Positions 1-23,309 of a DNA stretch of 64,000 bases are shown here, piece by piece. Positions within the stretch are counted from its first letter, which is position 1, and the number at the start of each line of letters is the position of its first letter. A program made the translations under genes and the position numbers. The notes under the pieces are model-generated. The model did not search any database, was not told the DNA's origin, and was given only the letters and a program-made list of their open reading frames with translations. Source of the stretch: Amoebidium appalachense. Taxonomy: Eukaryota > Protista > Ichthyosporea. Where the stretch lies: positions 62,001 through 126,000 of the forward strand of contig CAVNZM010000017.1 of assembly GCA_963693365.1 (NCBI GenBank), given 5' to 3'.

Positions 1-268
1 TTAATAGATTGGCCCGGGAATCAACGGCTATGACTAAAGGGATGAGCCCCCCCCCCCCCCCCCCCCCCCCCCGAATTGAGATGTCAGGCGCTGAGATCTA
101 TGTATAGGTGGGCCAGGGGGTAAGGACCTATAAAAAGCTACGCAAGAGAGTGAAGACTCTATTTATAGGTGGCTGCATGGAAGACTTGAGTCAGGCCCAT
201 GGCATGCACTAGAGGGGGAGGGGGCCAAATCAAAATGTGCTGATTGGAGTCAGCCATTTTTTTTTTTT

Positions 269-311
<43 letters not shown>

Positions 312-408
312 TTGGCACAGGGGCACATGAGCAAACACACTAATGTGGAAGTGTTAGACGACCTCCAATCTGCTAAGGGGAATAGGCCACAGGGAGCAGA
401 GAATATAC

Positions 409-472
409 CTTGCCCACTATCAGCTTGCCTTCCTTGTCGTAGGGCAAGTGGCCTGAGAGGTAGCAGAGGCTG

Positions 473-512
<40 letters not shown>

Positions 513-655
513 CGTGTCCATGTATGTGCATAGGTGTAGTCACCAGGAGGAGAAGGCACACAAAGGGGGGGGGGGGGGGGGGGGGGGGGGGCACCATTGA
601 AAGTCAGTTAAAAAACCGTGTGCACGCGCGTGTGTGTTTTGGGGCAGGGGAGGGT

Positions 656-691
<36 letters not shown>

Positions 692-929
692 TTGAATGAA
701 GCAAAAGAATGTCAACAGACAACAGGAAACATAAAACCGACTGAGCCAAGGCACGGCAATGCACCCCCCCCTGCTAACAGGCAAGTGCAATAGGTACAGG
801 GCCCCTTTTAGAACCAATATTGTTCCTGGAGGGAGGTGGCTCAGGGAGCTAGCACCACACTCAGACAGCCCCCCCCCCCCCCCCCCCCCCCCCTTTCCTC
901 CACCTGCTCCCCCCCCCCTTACCCACCCC

Positions 930-975
<46 letters not shown>

Positions 976-1379
976 CTCCCCCTTTCCCCTGCACCGACAC
1001 AGGTTGTCTGGCATCCTGCCCAGCAATCGACCCACCACCAGAGGCTTCCACCCAGTAAGTCCAACCAATCAGAGGCCTTCACTCTCGGCCCCCCTGCCTG
1101 CCTGCTTCCATCCCCGCATGTCTCTGTATGTTTCCCATCCAACGTCTCTTCCTTCCTTTTCAATATACAGTCAGGTGCCCCTGCTCACCACGAACCAGAC
1201 CCCCCCCCCCCCCCAAAAAAAAAAAAAAGAAATCTCTTGCAAGCACCCCTCTTGAAGCGCAAGCACACCTCTTCCCCCCCCCTCTCACCTGAGCACACAA
1301 TGTTGACATAGTTTGCCTTGGGGGTTGCCGGCGCCAACTTGTGGCCCATAGCAGCTATCTTGGCCTCAACGTGCACCCC

Positions 1380-1428
<49 letters not shown>

Positions 1429-1898
1429 ATCCATGGTGGGGGGAGGTAAGAGGGGGGGGGGGGGGAGTAGATGGGCAACCGTAGAGAAGGAATGGCGGGG
1501 GTGGCGGTTGAGGTTGGGGACAGGGGGAGGGGGGGGGGGCAGAGAGAGAGAGAGAGGACACAGAAAAAAACGGAGGTAAAAAAGCAAGCCAATACGGGAG
1601 GGGAGGAAAAAGGCCAGACAACACTAGGTAGGGTTTAATATAAAACATAAGATAAAGTATGTGGGTGCATAGGAGGTAGTTATATGACTGGAGAAGATGT
1701 TAAAAAAAAGAGTGAGTGGTGGTCATAGAGGGGAAAGGAAACAAAGACGGGCTGAGCAAGAGATATGTGATATCGGACAAATAGAAGAGGGGAAGAAAAG
1801 TGAAAGAAAGCTAACAGCATACGAAAGGAGAGAGAGAAAGAAAGAGAAGAGGGGGGGGGGAGGGGGGGGGGGGGGGAGAGAGAGAAAGAGAGACAGAG

Positions 1899-1996
<98 letters not shown>

Positions 1997-2184
1997 GAGT
2001 GAGAGACGGAAACACACACAGAGAGAGAGAGATGAGATGTGTGTGTGTGTGTGTGTGACGTGTGTGTGACGTGTGTGTGCGTGTGACGTGTGTGTGCGTG
2101 TGAGTGAGTGAGTGAGTGAGTGAGTGAGTGAGTGAGTGAGTGTGTGAGGGAGGGAGGGAGGGAGGGAGAGGGAGAGAGAGAGGG

Positions 2185-2254
<70 letters not shown>

Positions 2255-2643
2255 AAGACAAGAAATGTCCAAGTGAGAGTGTAAGGAGCAAAGAGGGGAT
2301 GTGGCTATGTTCAAAGCCAACGTCAGAACTGACCCACACACTCCCAAAAAAGGAAAGCCAAAAAAAAACATCAGTACAGAACTTTCGTAACGATAAAAAG
2401 CAGCACAATACACTTCCTGGACGGAGTGAAAAGCACAATGATTTGAGGGAATATTAAAAAAAAGGGATTAGAAGATCGGCTGGTTATCTGTGTGTCAACG
2501 AGAAACCGAAGGGCCTTATTATCTTGCCGATTAGCAGGAAGGGAAATGGGCAGAGCAGACCTCGAAACAAGTGGTGTCAGCTGAGAAGATAAGAGGGAGG
2601 CGGCGGCGGGGAGGACTGCATTATGAGACATTTGTGCGTGTGT

Positions 2644-2681
<38 letters not shown>

Positions 2682-2878
2682 CAACGGGGGAGGGACGGGG
2701 GAAGGGGGGGAGGGGGAGGGGGGAGGGATGGTGACTTGGAGGGAGCGAGGGAGGGGCAGATGGGAAGTTGCAGAAAGGTGAGGGTGGGGAGGAGGGGGTG
2801 TCGTATAAGTCACCTCACTGCGGTGCGTGCCACAGCCTTGCGTGCCAGCGACGCAACCTGCTTTGTGGAGGCATACAT
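409..2878 (-). CDS. RidA/YjgF/YER057c/UK114-family protein (Atu1372/TCP17-like subgroup) with mitochondrial-presequence-like N-terminus; 5' part only, continues off the left edge
   Basis: Exons 2878-2814, 1380-1289 and 473-409 have GT-AG borders and matching phases (2,1,0). They give MYASTKQVASLARKAVARTAVR-GVHVEAKIAAMGHKLAPATPKANYVNIVCSG-SLCYLSGHLPYDKEGKLIVGK, matching the family pattern (IEARL..LG..LP....P.ANYV....G.L.Y.SG.LP......GK). Confidence 0.85.
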
Positions 2879-3066
2879 GGTGAGGGGTGGGTGGGTGAAA
2901 GGAGGTGGAAGGTGGGGAGTGACAACTAATTAGTACTTTCACGTTGTGCCCGCGCCGGGCTTTTGTGTTTTTTTGGTTTTTTTGTGGCTGCAATGGTATG
3001 CCGATTGCGTAATGCTTCCCTCGTATGATTGGCCGATCCGAAACGGGCCAAAAAATCAGTTTCAAG

Positions 3067-3101
3067 CAAGGCCTCCTAAATGTGCTATTTAGGAGGCCTT
3101 G
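3067..3101. mobile_element. 35-bp palindromic mini-element or transposon relic with 8-bp TSD
   Basis: CAAGGCCTCCTAAAT-gtgct-ATTTAGGAGGCCTTG is a perfect 15-bp inverted repeat, flanked by direct repeat GTTTCAAG at 3059-3066 and 3102-3109. Confidence 0.75.
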
Positions 3102-3139
3102 GTTTCAAGGCTCTCTTTAAATTTCTTGGGGGAGTTACA

Positions 3140-3368
3140 CAGGGGTCGAAATAAGGTTTTCGGTGAGGGTATTTTCGAACCCCGGGCTGGGTTTCGCCGC
3201 AGAGTAGAGGGTACTTTTATATAGTAAATTATATGTTACTTAGGTAACCTCAGTAATGAAAGTAACCTCAAACTGAAAAAATAAAGTTATTCTCTGTCAA
3301 ATTTTGAGGATACTTTTTAAACTTTGAGGGTATTTTTGACGCGTCAAATCGCGTTATTTGGACCCCTG
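3140..3368. mobile_element. MITE, hAT-like (229 bp)
   Basis: TIRs CAGGGGTCGAAATAA / TTATTTGGACCCCTG (1 mismatch in 15), AT-rich non-coding interior, imperfect flanking duplication gagttaca / g-gttaca. Confidence 0.65.
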
Positions 3369-5604
3369 GGTTACACACTATTTATTGCCGTGGGCCCTGT
3401 CTGGCCCAGCCTCACTCGACGGCCTACTGCGTTTTCCAGCGCAGCGGTGACATATGTACACGCTAAGCAACATCTAGCGCAGTCGTAGCATGCATACGAC
3501 AACCCTATTACATATTATGGATAAGCAGAGGCTAGCATTGGTAGCTCCGAAAGTTCTTTTTTTCTTGGTCAGCTTGGAGCTGAGGGGTAAAGAGGCAAAC
3601 TAGGGTAGCTGCAACGCACCTAAAGGGGTTGGCGAGGGGTTTTTTTTTCGCGAGTACATAGGGGCAAGGTGGCATAAGGTTGCGCGTGCGCCTCACCCGT
3701 ACGCAGTGCATGTCCATTTGTTTGTGTGCTCTACCTGTCGTGCATACAAAGTGTAAGTGTTTGCAGGCCAAGCGTGAGTGTAATCCCTCCTCGAGCTCTC
3801 AGCGACATATGTGCATGCCCTGAAGGGCGAGTGAATCTGCAGGCGCCCATACGCACAAGCCATATTCCCATGGATATTAACACATTCCTGTGTGCAACAG
3901 CATCAAGGTGTGCAAAAGCACCTGTGCATGCGTTGCTCAGTGTTTTAGTGTGTTATTTGGATCCTACGGGCGAAAAAACACCGTCTAATGTGTGGAGGTC
4001 CCGCATAATTTGACCCAATGAAGGTCTGAGACCTACTGGAAGGTCTGGGATCAGAGTGGCACATGGCTTTATGCGGGGCCTTCACACTAATGGCAGCAAC
4101 ATGCACGCCTGTGCGGGCTGGCAGCCGCCTGTGTTGTCCATGTGATCACCCCCTCGGTCAGCTCCACTTCCACCCCTCCCCCCCCCCTCCCCCCACTTCC
4201 ACCCCCACCCCACCCTCCCCTCTCGAACCCCATTCCCCCGGTCCCAACCCACCCTTCTTCCGCTGTCCCAAATATTATATCGTAGCCTTAGGCTACCCTG
4301 GATGTCCTTTACTTTTTCGCTGTTCCTTTGTCCCCGGCCGACGGCATCTGCTAACTATTTTGTGGAAGCGGGCTGTAGCTGGTCACGACGGCGTTGTGCG
4401 TTTTCCTTGTACATTCTGTGGATGTCTCGCACCCTGAATATAACACGTTTTACAAGTGCTCGTGACATTAGCTGGGGAAGGGGGGCAGGGACTTTGCCTG
4501 TGCAAGCGTGGCACCTGGAGCTCGAGTAGGTCGGGGTTTGGGTGCATGCGCACGTACTATTTACGCGAGCACGATGAAAAGTTGTATGGCTGTTGCGCAG
4601 AGAAATATTAGGTTCCTCTCAATGTTTTCCTCACGTTTGTGGAGCCACACGACCTGATTATTATTTTCAAGCATCTACATTGGTTACATGACATTACTTA
4701 CATCAGTCTTTTTTTTTTTTTTTTTTTTTCAGCTGTGGTCGCCGTGCAGAGTTGACGCCAGAAATATTTGGCGGCTATTCCTATTGCCTAAGCAGGCACT
4801 CGTACCAGGCTCCTATTGGCTGTTGATATCAACGGTTTAAAGGCCTTGTAAACTTTTTCCTGAAAATCAAAAGATATCCTGTGGCACCTGTTGGTCCAGC
4901 TCGCTGTTTTACACACCTCTGCCACTGTGGCATGTCATACTTCGTGTTGCTCCGAATATTAGAATATTATGATGCACAGTGAGTAAATAAACGTCATACG
5001 GTCAAGAGATTTTGGTGTAGTAAGTGCACATTGTTCTTGATGTATCCCGAACACAAAGCATATCCCACCTCCGTTTGTATTTCCAGAATACTTACAGGCT
5101 AAGCCAATCACATATAGCTGCCTTATATGGAAGGCATTTAGCCCACAGCTCGCCGCCACGTTTTCGGATCACACTTTCCGCTCAAGTGAAACTGTGCAAG
5201 TTTCGCGTTCCAGTTGGAAGGGAGGGAGAGAGATCACATCAGCTGTACATGTATAATAACGGAACATAGAGGGGTTTTTTGTGTTGGCAACGTTTTTGAA
5301 AGGGTGTAAAGCGAAAAATAGAAAGAAAAAGACACGCGCACCTGCGCAACTGGCGAGGGAGAGTGGAAGTGCTGTGGTAACCGGGGGGGCAGAAACAGAA
5401 AGTGTAGGCGAGATGTTCTTTGTGGCACGAGTGGCACAACAAACCCAATTGACAGAGCGCAAGTAGAGAAAGGGGGTTTAGTTATTCGGTATTTGCAGGA
5501 ATAGGGGCTTAATATACATCACATTCCTGGGAAGCAGCAGATACACCCAGGCAGAGAGAGGAAAGACTGGCACATAAAGGTGTGTGAGGGTGGAGGCAGG
5601 TAGG

Positions 5605-14653
<9,049 letters not shown>

Positions 14654-15538
14654 ACATGTGCCACGTGTTTAGTCACGTGTTTGGTGTTCTCATCGTGTGG
14701 GTAGATGGTGCCGGCACCGACCCACGGTGTGTGGGGTAAAAGGGAGTAATAGAGAGTGATTTGGAGTAGAATGGACGAGATAACGTAGCGATGGGATGAT
14801 TTGCATGTATGGAGATGGGTGTAGCTACAGTAGGTGCGCGCTCGCACACACACACACACACACATGCGCACGCACACACACCCGTGACACACACACACAC
14901 AAAACACAAACACAAATACACACACACCACACACACACACAAGGCGCACATGCACACACAGGCAGAACCCTCATATACCCCCAGACTTCGCACAAACATA
15001 AAATATTGTGCATAATTCATTTCGTTGGAGGTATTGTACTACAGAAAAAAGGCTTCAGTTTTGCCACCTCAATTTGTAGCCATTCTTCTGTTCATTTCGA
15101 CCAAAAAGAAAAACAGGGTTTTATTTTGTTTTTTTTTTTTTTTTTTTTTTTTTTTGGGGGGGGGGGGGGGGATCTTTCTAGTACTAGTACTGTGAATAGA
15201 CAAAATCTGTAGCCCGTATGTGGTTACGTTGTGTTGTATGCACGCAGTCTGTGACTGGTTGTGCTCAAGCACACAGTGTTTTCGAACCAAATAAATTCGT
15301 TCAAATAGCCTAAGGTAAAGAAAGATATTGCGGGACACATCATGTCATAGATGCTCAGTCTGTGCATGCTGGTAATGGTTCTCGGTGAGTTCTGCAAGGA
15401 TCATGAGGGGGGCATTGCAGCATTATTTGGCATTCCAAACACTTGCGTTGATCGATGTTAGCTCGACAGCGGGGGGAAGTGAATATTCATTTGACACAGC
15501 TAGATCTCTAGAGGACATGGGGGGGGCTCGAGAGTCCA

Positions 15539-15577
<39 letters not shown>

Positions 15578-16608
15578 CACACACACGTGCACACACAACT
15601 TCAAGTTGGTGCCGGCCATGGGCACACTTTTTCAAGTTATTGCACAACTGTTGAACCTCCTTCGATAACGAATACGAGCTCGAGTGGAGTATGGTGTAGG
15701 TGTTATAAAACATAGCAGTCGCTGTCCCCCAGAGGCAATGCCTTTTGGCCGATCTGGGTAAGCGCTTGGTCATAGACCTAAAGCACCCATGTTCGAGCCT
15801 CTGGCTGGGGACTTGACTTTCGAAAACCTACTTGCACACTTTTTCTAAGGCTTTCTTATACAAGCCGAGGCCATGGCCGGCCATGCATATGGGTTTAGGC
15901 CAGTTTAGGCCATGCATGTGTCAGCACTGATTGTGCAAGATGGTTCTGGGCTGCCGCTTTTTTCTTCTTTTCTGTGTGGTTGGGTGTATGTATGGGGTTG
16001 AGTTGGTGGCGGGTATATACGAGGGTGAGATGGAGCGGTGTACACACGTCACATGTGGACATGGCGGCCATCATACAAGGGCGGTCAGATGCCTTTCGCG
16101 ACATCGGTAGGTCACTTGTCGGCTGGAAAATAAAAATACCTTTATATGGTTATTTCGTTTCGTATAAATTGTTGTTGCAATGTGATTCGATAATTGTCCG
16201 ACGTTGGACAAGCCAAAACCCTAAACCCTACATACTAATCTGCATTTTGATTGGATTCTCAAAATGTCTGCAGCAGGGTTGGGCTGGGGTTCGCCAGCTT
16301 AACCGTACCGCCCTTTGGCCAATCGTAACGGATAATTTCTTAATCGCAATGGGTGGGTTCTTGGGGAGCTGCAAGCCCCGCCTAAAACGCCCCTCCAGTC
16401 GCAAAACTCAAAATACGTGTTTTTACAAATTGAGTACCGCAAGATTACATGCCCTGAAAACTTCACGGGGCTCGATATTGCACATGAGAAGCGCTGTAGA
16501 TATGTTCTTGGGGGGGGGATGTGCTGTTCTTGAACAGAAATATTGAAAAAATATGGAAAATTACATATTCAAGCGTTTATAATGCTACACACCTGATACG
16601 AAAGTTAT

Positions 16609-17310
16609 TGCGACGGTACCCTGACCTTATTCGCATCGGGGTCTCTCGTTAATCGTAATTACGACGATTTCTTGTCGTAATTCCTACCCTGGTCTGCAGA
16701 TGAAATGATCTGGGTACACCGTGACTGAAGTTGAGAGCTGCAGCTCGAGTCAAACTGGTCAAAGTGTCACACGGTACAAAAGCCCTCAAGCAGCGCGTGG
16801 CAACGCCACATCCCAGCCTGTACTGTAGTGAGGCCCACGAAACAACGAACACGTGCAGGTGTAGATGACTGTTACAATAAATAGAATGGTAGCTGATTTA
16901 GGAATTTTTCGCCTGCCCAACTTTCCCTCAAACTTCGAACAGGGCTATGGTCGGCCTTGCGAGCCACTAGTAGCGCTAGCGTTGTGCTCAATACACCTGC
17001 GGCACCTTTTTCTTGAACACGAACTATCATTGATGTGCAGTCAAACCCCTAAATTGGATACCAGCCATGTGGACTTCTGGGGCTGCTGCCATAATATTGC
17101 TTCTCGTTTCCACAACCATTGGGCCGGTCATGTAGAGAAGCAAGGGCGAGGCTGGCGTCCACCGTTGCCCGAGCGAGATCACGTGACCTCGCCCGCACTG
17201 GGGTATACGCAGGCGCACCCGGCTCTCGGCAGCCAGATTGGCCATCGCTCTCACAAGCACAGGCCCAATAATTTACAGACTCTCGGCAGCTCTGTGTGAG
17301 TCCCGTCACA
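16609..17310. mobile_element. Possible solo LTR (~700 bp) without target-site duplication
   Basis: Termini TGCGACGG...CCGTCACA (TG..CA, 8-bp inverted, 1 mismatch) and an internal AATAAA near 16876. Flanks GTTAT and TTCCC do not match. Confidence 0.4.
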
Positions 17311-19172
17311 TTCCCTCACACTAAGTGCCTCGTTCCCCTTTTCCTCTCTCGTTCCTTAGTCCCACTTACCACTAGCTTAGGCATGGTAGCAGAGTTTGTT
17401 CCTTGAAGTTCCTGTTGAAACTCTTGGCTTATGGGTTACATCCCAGGTACGTTTCCCTGGTTTTGCTCTGCTCGCGTCGTTTCGCCAGTTCGTCGCCCTA
17501 TTCCGGCGCTGCTGGTTGGCTCGTGCTGGCCCGTAATGGGCTCCATCATGATGTGTGCGCGCCCACTAGCCGCTTACCACTTTGTCTTCCCTCTCTTTGC
17601 TTCTTTCCTTCCTCTTGTCTCTTGAGTGTTCCTTTATTATTTTTATTATTTTTCTGTCTTTGTTACCCGCTTTCGTAAGCACCTCTGCTTCAGCGTGCAC
17701 AGCACACCTTTGGTGCGCATACACCCTCTCCCATGTGTGCATTGGCCCGCAGAGAAACGCTTGCGTGCGCCTTTTTCGTGCTTCGCTTTTGTGTTATTCT
17801 TTACTATTTTTTTGTTGTCTTTTTCGTCTCTTTTTTTTTATTATTGCTAAAAGTTTTTTCTTCGCTTTCTTTTTTTCTTTTTTTCCCCCTCTGCTTTTCT
17901 GCGACCTACGTCATCGGGAAAAGCTTTACAGTTTTACCCTCCTCGCCACTTACTGTCGTGTATTATAGCCAATCAGCGTGATCGCTCTTTTGGCCATGGC
18001 TCGGAACTTTTTGTGTCCAATCATTGCGGCGTAGATCTATTTTAGGAAGTTGCTTTTTCTGTTCACCAATCGTGTCCCGGGACCCTTGTCATTCCAGTGT
18101 TTTCTGTGCACTTTCGCTGGCTTAGCTGCTTTTGGGTTGTGCTTCGCTGGCGCATGTTTTGTTGTTGCTGTTTTTAGTGCTTTGCCTTCTCCGTTGTTTT
18201 CTGCGCTATTTTTGTTGTTTGCATATTATTTTACTTGCTGTAGTGCTGCCTATTCAAAGTTTTCCGTCGTGTGATTTTACGGAAGCGTGCTTGTCGTTTT
18301 ACCCTGCTCTCCTGACGTCACGTTTTGTCGGTTGCTGCCGTTGCGTTGCTGTATGTGCGCCTTTTCCCGCACACTATCCGCATTCCTGTTGCGCACCGCT
18401 GCTGTATGACGTCATCTTCTGCCTCCTCGTTCTCGATCGCTGCATATTTTCCGTAATCACTTGTAATCGGATGCGATCGGTGCCGTGAATTCACGATTTA
18501 CATACATTTTTGATCGATGTTTTGTCATTTTTTCTTTTCTCCGGGTACGTGTGCAGCATAACGTCTTTAGGCTACCCCCGCCGACCCTGGGTTCAGATCG
18601 TGCTGCTTTGCCGTGCAATTCTGTCTTTCATGTTTTGTTGTCCTGTTTGTAAGTGTCTGTTGCTTTCAGTTTCTCTTGTTTTAAGTTTCATTTGTTTCAA
18701 GGAGGTTTACCTAGTTATCATCATAGTCTTGTGTTGTTTATAGGGGTTGATTCCCTGATAGGTAGAACTAGTGACTGTTTATCTCTCCCCTGTGTTTCCT
18801 TGTCTTATTGTGTTTTTCAGCTACCACTGCCTACCTTACTCCTACCTTATCTTGTGGAGAACGGAGTAGCTTTTCACCATTCTCAACTTCTCCCCACCAC
18901 AGATTGTTGTTGACACGATGGCTGACCATGAGGACCCCCCTGTGCCTCCCCCTGAGGATAAGGACGACCACCCTCCCATCTTGTTGGGGCCGGGCCTGTA
19001 ATGTGGCGCAGCCGCCTCCGGGCCCCTATGGGGTGCTGCCCCCTCCGTCCCGGCCCCCCCCCGCCCCCCATGCAGGCGCAGCAGCAGCAGCCGCCTTTGG
19101 CGTTGATAGCCCCTGACCAAGCTCCCCTGGTTGCCGGACCCCCTGCCGCCGCCCCCCTGGCGCTGGTGGGCC

Positions 19173-19782
19173 TGTAAACATCTGTACACGCCGTACATGT
19201 TTACTATTACGAATATACTGTACATATCATAGTGATCACGTAGATATTGTGTACATATGATCAGATCAATATCACACGCGACAGCCGCGGGCTGCGGCTC
19301 ACGACTGAGCCGCGGCGCCGGCAATATGCAGTGGCCGTGCAGTCAGTATGAACCAATAGAATTCGAGAACCGCTAGGATAGGAATGCAAGTCTCATCCAC
19401 TACGGAGGCGACATCTATAGCTAAACGAACGGAACCAATAAGGAAATCAGACCCAGTTGCATAAACCTAAACGGGCTTAAGTATTGACCAATCATTTGCC
19501 ACAAAGTTATCCTTTTAGTTAGCTTCATGTTATTGGTGCACTGTGTGCACATAAAGACGACCGCACTCTTCTGACTGGTCAGAAGTCACGAAGGCATCAA
19601 TGCCACCCATCCAGATGATCCGGAACCTGGGGGCTATATAAACAAGCCGTCCCAGTACGGGGGATCACTCTGAACGAGCACATTAAATAGTAACCTGGCC
19701 GCGTGTGCCTTACTACCCGTTCTCTGTCTTTATTCTGATTCAGTTGTTCTCTGCCTTATCCCAACTAGTTCAACTGTTTACA
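19173..19782 (+). mobile_element. Solo LTR (610 bp) inserted in the first coding exon of the methyltransferase gene
   Basis: TGTAAACA...TGTTTACA termini, perfect 5-bp TSD GGGCC (19168-19172, 19783-19787), TATATAAA near 19635 and ATTAAA near 19682. The GC-rich Pro/Ala coding sequence resumes on both sides. Confidence 0.88.
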
Positions 19783-20341
19783 GGGCCGCCCCGCGCTTCC
19801 CCCTGTTGCCGCTGCCGCTGGCGCCCTTGATGCGAATGCTGCAATCGTAGCCGCTGCAGCCGCCCTTATGGCCGGCAACCGTCCCCGCCAGTACCTACGC
19901 GACTCCTACGTCTCCAAGCCCGAGGGTGCCGATTTGGACTCCCTCAGCACCTACATAGACGGGCTTCAGGCCGTGCGCGGCGAAGACGGCAACCCCTTTT
20001 CGGACGTCGCAAAGTTCAACACCCTGCTTGGCCAGCTTCAGGAGTTCCCCATCTACGATGGCGTGTTGGGTGGTGCGCGCAACATGTCGTTTGACGAACT
20101 GGTAGTGAGCACAGAAGGGTCAATGTTCTGGATCATATGAAGGAGGAGGCAGTTGCGGGCCTCCTTGAGTTCAGCAGCAGTACCGTAGCCGTAGAAGGGG
20201 GCTGCATCGTCCAAACTGTTCAGCCTCGAGGTCACGGAACGTGAGAACAAACGGAAGAGGCCCAAAACATCGGAGACCACGAAGGTCTACAAAGTGGTTG
20301 TTGCAGAGCCACCCCACGGCCCCAACAGCAATGTTTAGAGA

Positions 20342-20411
<70 letters not shown>

Positions 20412-21037
20412 TCACACACACACACGTGCACGCATGCATGCACACGTTGAAGGGTGTGGTAGGGTGATTGTTGGTGATTGTTGGTGATTGTTGGTGATTG
20501 TTGTTATTTTTTATTTTTTTCGTTAAAATCTTCATAGACTTTCGTTAGAGTCTTTTGGCACACACACACACAAGCACACACATGCAGACACATGCACACA
20601 CACACGTGCAGGCACAAGTGTGCAATGCACCGGAGTAGTCTTAATCAGCTTGTGCTCTGTTTTTTTTTTCTTGGATCTTTTCGTAAAAAACAAATGTTTA
20701 TTTTTGCCGTTGGTTGGGGGGGGGGGGGGGGGGAAGTGGGAGGGGGGAAAGGGGGGGGGGGGGGGAGGGGAGGGAGCGGTGGGGAGGGGGGAGGCAATAC
20801 TATGTGACAGACTCAACCACATGGCTATATGCTCAAATATTTCGTTACATTATGAATACCCACCCGTCCACAAGCACTCACACCACACAAACACGCATGA
20901 ACATGGCTATTAATACGAGCCGCTGATGGGTATAGTAGGGAGGGGGAGAGGGGCCGTTTGTTGTGGCAAAATGTGGCAAACAACGCTCGAAAGTTTCGCA
21001 TTCAAAACATACATACACACACACACCGGTCCACAAA

Positions 21038-21139
<102 letters not shown>

Positions 21140-23227
21140 ACAAAAACCCGCACAAATATAGTATTACCGACACACACACACACACACACTAAGTTAAACA
21201 CACCCCCACACCGCCACACCATCGTAGGCGTCACACACATGCACACATGTATACCGTAAGCACAAGTACACATCACCACACATACACACGTGCACGTCTC
21301 CCATACAAAAACTGATATATCCATACCCCCCCCCCCCCCCCCCCTCCCCCCTGCAGGTCCAAGAACTGGAGCAAGCAGGTCTACAGCTCCAAGTTAAGCG
21401 CATGATCCTGTGGAAGGATGCGGAGGCACTGGCACACCGTGACCCCGCCAAGCCGTAAACGAGGTTGTCGTCAAGCGCATCGGCCCGGTGTTTGGTGCCG
21501 GGGAGGACAACACACTCTTCGACCCCTACCAGGTCATTGAAGAGGACGGCTACCAAGGGTGACAACGTTGAAGACAGGTACGGGGTGTTCTTTAACCCTT
21601 ACAACCCCCTCCTTTATCGTTTCTCTATAAACCATCTGGAGTGGTTTAGCCCGTTTTATAGGCACCCTGACATTATCATTATGAAAGGAACTGAACGCAC
21701 ACCCCAGTCTGAGAATCCACACTCGCCCGTTAAGTACGTCCACCCCTTTTGGCATGATGTGCACGAACATGACACTGTAGTCCGAGAGCTAAGGACCATA
21801 ATTACAGCCCACCCGCATGCACTTAGTACTTGGTCGTGAACTACTGAATATTGTCAGGCCTGCACTGGCACCCCCTAAACCCATATTCCTAGATTTAATA
21901 TTAGTATTGACGGTCGATTGGATATTGAAATATTGCGTTTCAATCTGCTACCAATCATCACGTGGTCGGATATGCCATAGATCACCATCGAGCACCTGAA
22001 TCTTATAAGAAAAGCGCCTCTTTGATAGCACATCTTTTCCAAATATGGCAGGTAATTTGGGTTTCACGGTCCAAAATCTGGGTTTGGGATAGGAATCCAG
22101 AAGGGGGTGAGGGGGGGGGGGGGGGGGGGTCTTCTAGATTCCCAAACCCAAACCCAAATCTTCAGCGACAGCAAGAAGAAGCAAGAAAACGCCCAGAGCT
22201 AAGATTTAAGCATATTCACTGCAAACCCCTGCATTAGAAAATCGTGCCCTACAAAGCACGACTGTGATCGCTACTACATGGGTATAAAGTCGTGCCGGCC
22301 GATCGACGATGTCGTTCTGACTCTTTTCTCAACGGGATGGTGCGCGCGCGCGCCGCCGTATTCCGGGAATGCATTCTTGGCCGTGACTCATCATCACGGC
22401 GCACAGGAATGCATTCCTCGATCGAACGTGCGCACACACGTCGCGCACGCGGCCACAGACTCTGCACCGATCAAAACAGGCACCGACCTTACCCGTCGCC
22501 CCCCGACTCTGAACCGATAAAAATAGGCACCGACCTTCCCCCGTCCCCCCCCCCCCCCCCCCCCCCCCACCCCACCCCACCCACCCCCACACGTGCACGT
22601 GCACCAGGATCCTAGTATAGGCCAACCGTTTATTGTGACGACAGTATTTATTCAGTTCGATGTCACCGACGCAGCTCATGCGTGCCACTTTTCACGTAGC
22701 CCAGGCACATGAACACAAGAGGAGCATAAACATCTAAATGTTTACGTTACAACGAAGTACTATGATATGGCATCTAAATGTTACAACGATGAACTATGAG
22801 ATGGAGAATACTAATATGTTAACACAGCAGAGCACCGCACTATCCGGATTCTTTGGAGGTACTTCTAAGAAAATGATAATATGTTGTCACCTTGACTCGG
22901 AGTCTTGCACGAGACAACACAGCTTAATGTATACACGTTCATAAACAGCTATCACTAACACAATATTCTATGTACTTGCACGGGAACAACACAGGTTGAG
23001 CTTACGTGTATGTGTGTGTATGTGGTTTAGAGTTGGGGGGGGGGGGGGGGGGGGGAGGGAGGAGAGAGAGAGGGGGAGAAGCGAGGGAGAGAGACAGAGA
23101 GAGGTGTGTGTATGTGTGTGTGTGGGGGGGGGGGGGGGAGATCGAGACTAGAAAGGAGAAGAGAGAGGAAAGAGAGAGGGAGAGAAAGAGAAAGAAAGAG
23201 AGAGAGAGAGAGAGGGAGAGAGAGAGT

Positions 23228-23265
<38 letters not shown>

Positions 23266-23277
23266 AAGGGAGATAGA

Positions 23278-23309
<32 letters not shown>

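Noticed and set aside
15385-17299. ORFs 15385..15654, 15974..16546 and 16865..17299 as genes or missing M20 exons
   Set aside because: No recognisable motifs or consistent splice structure.
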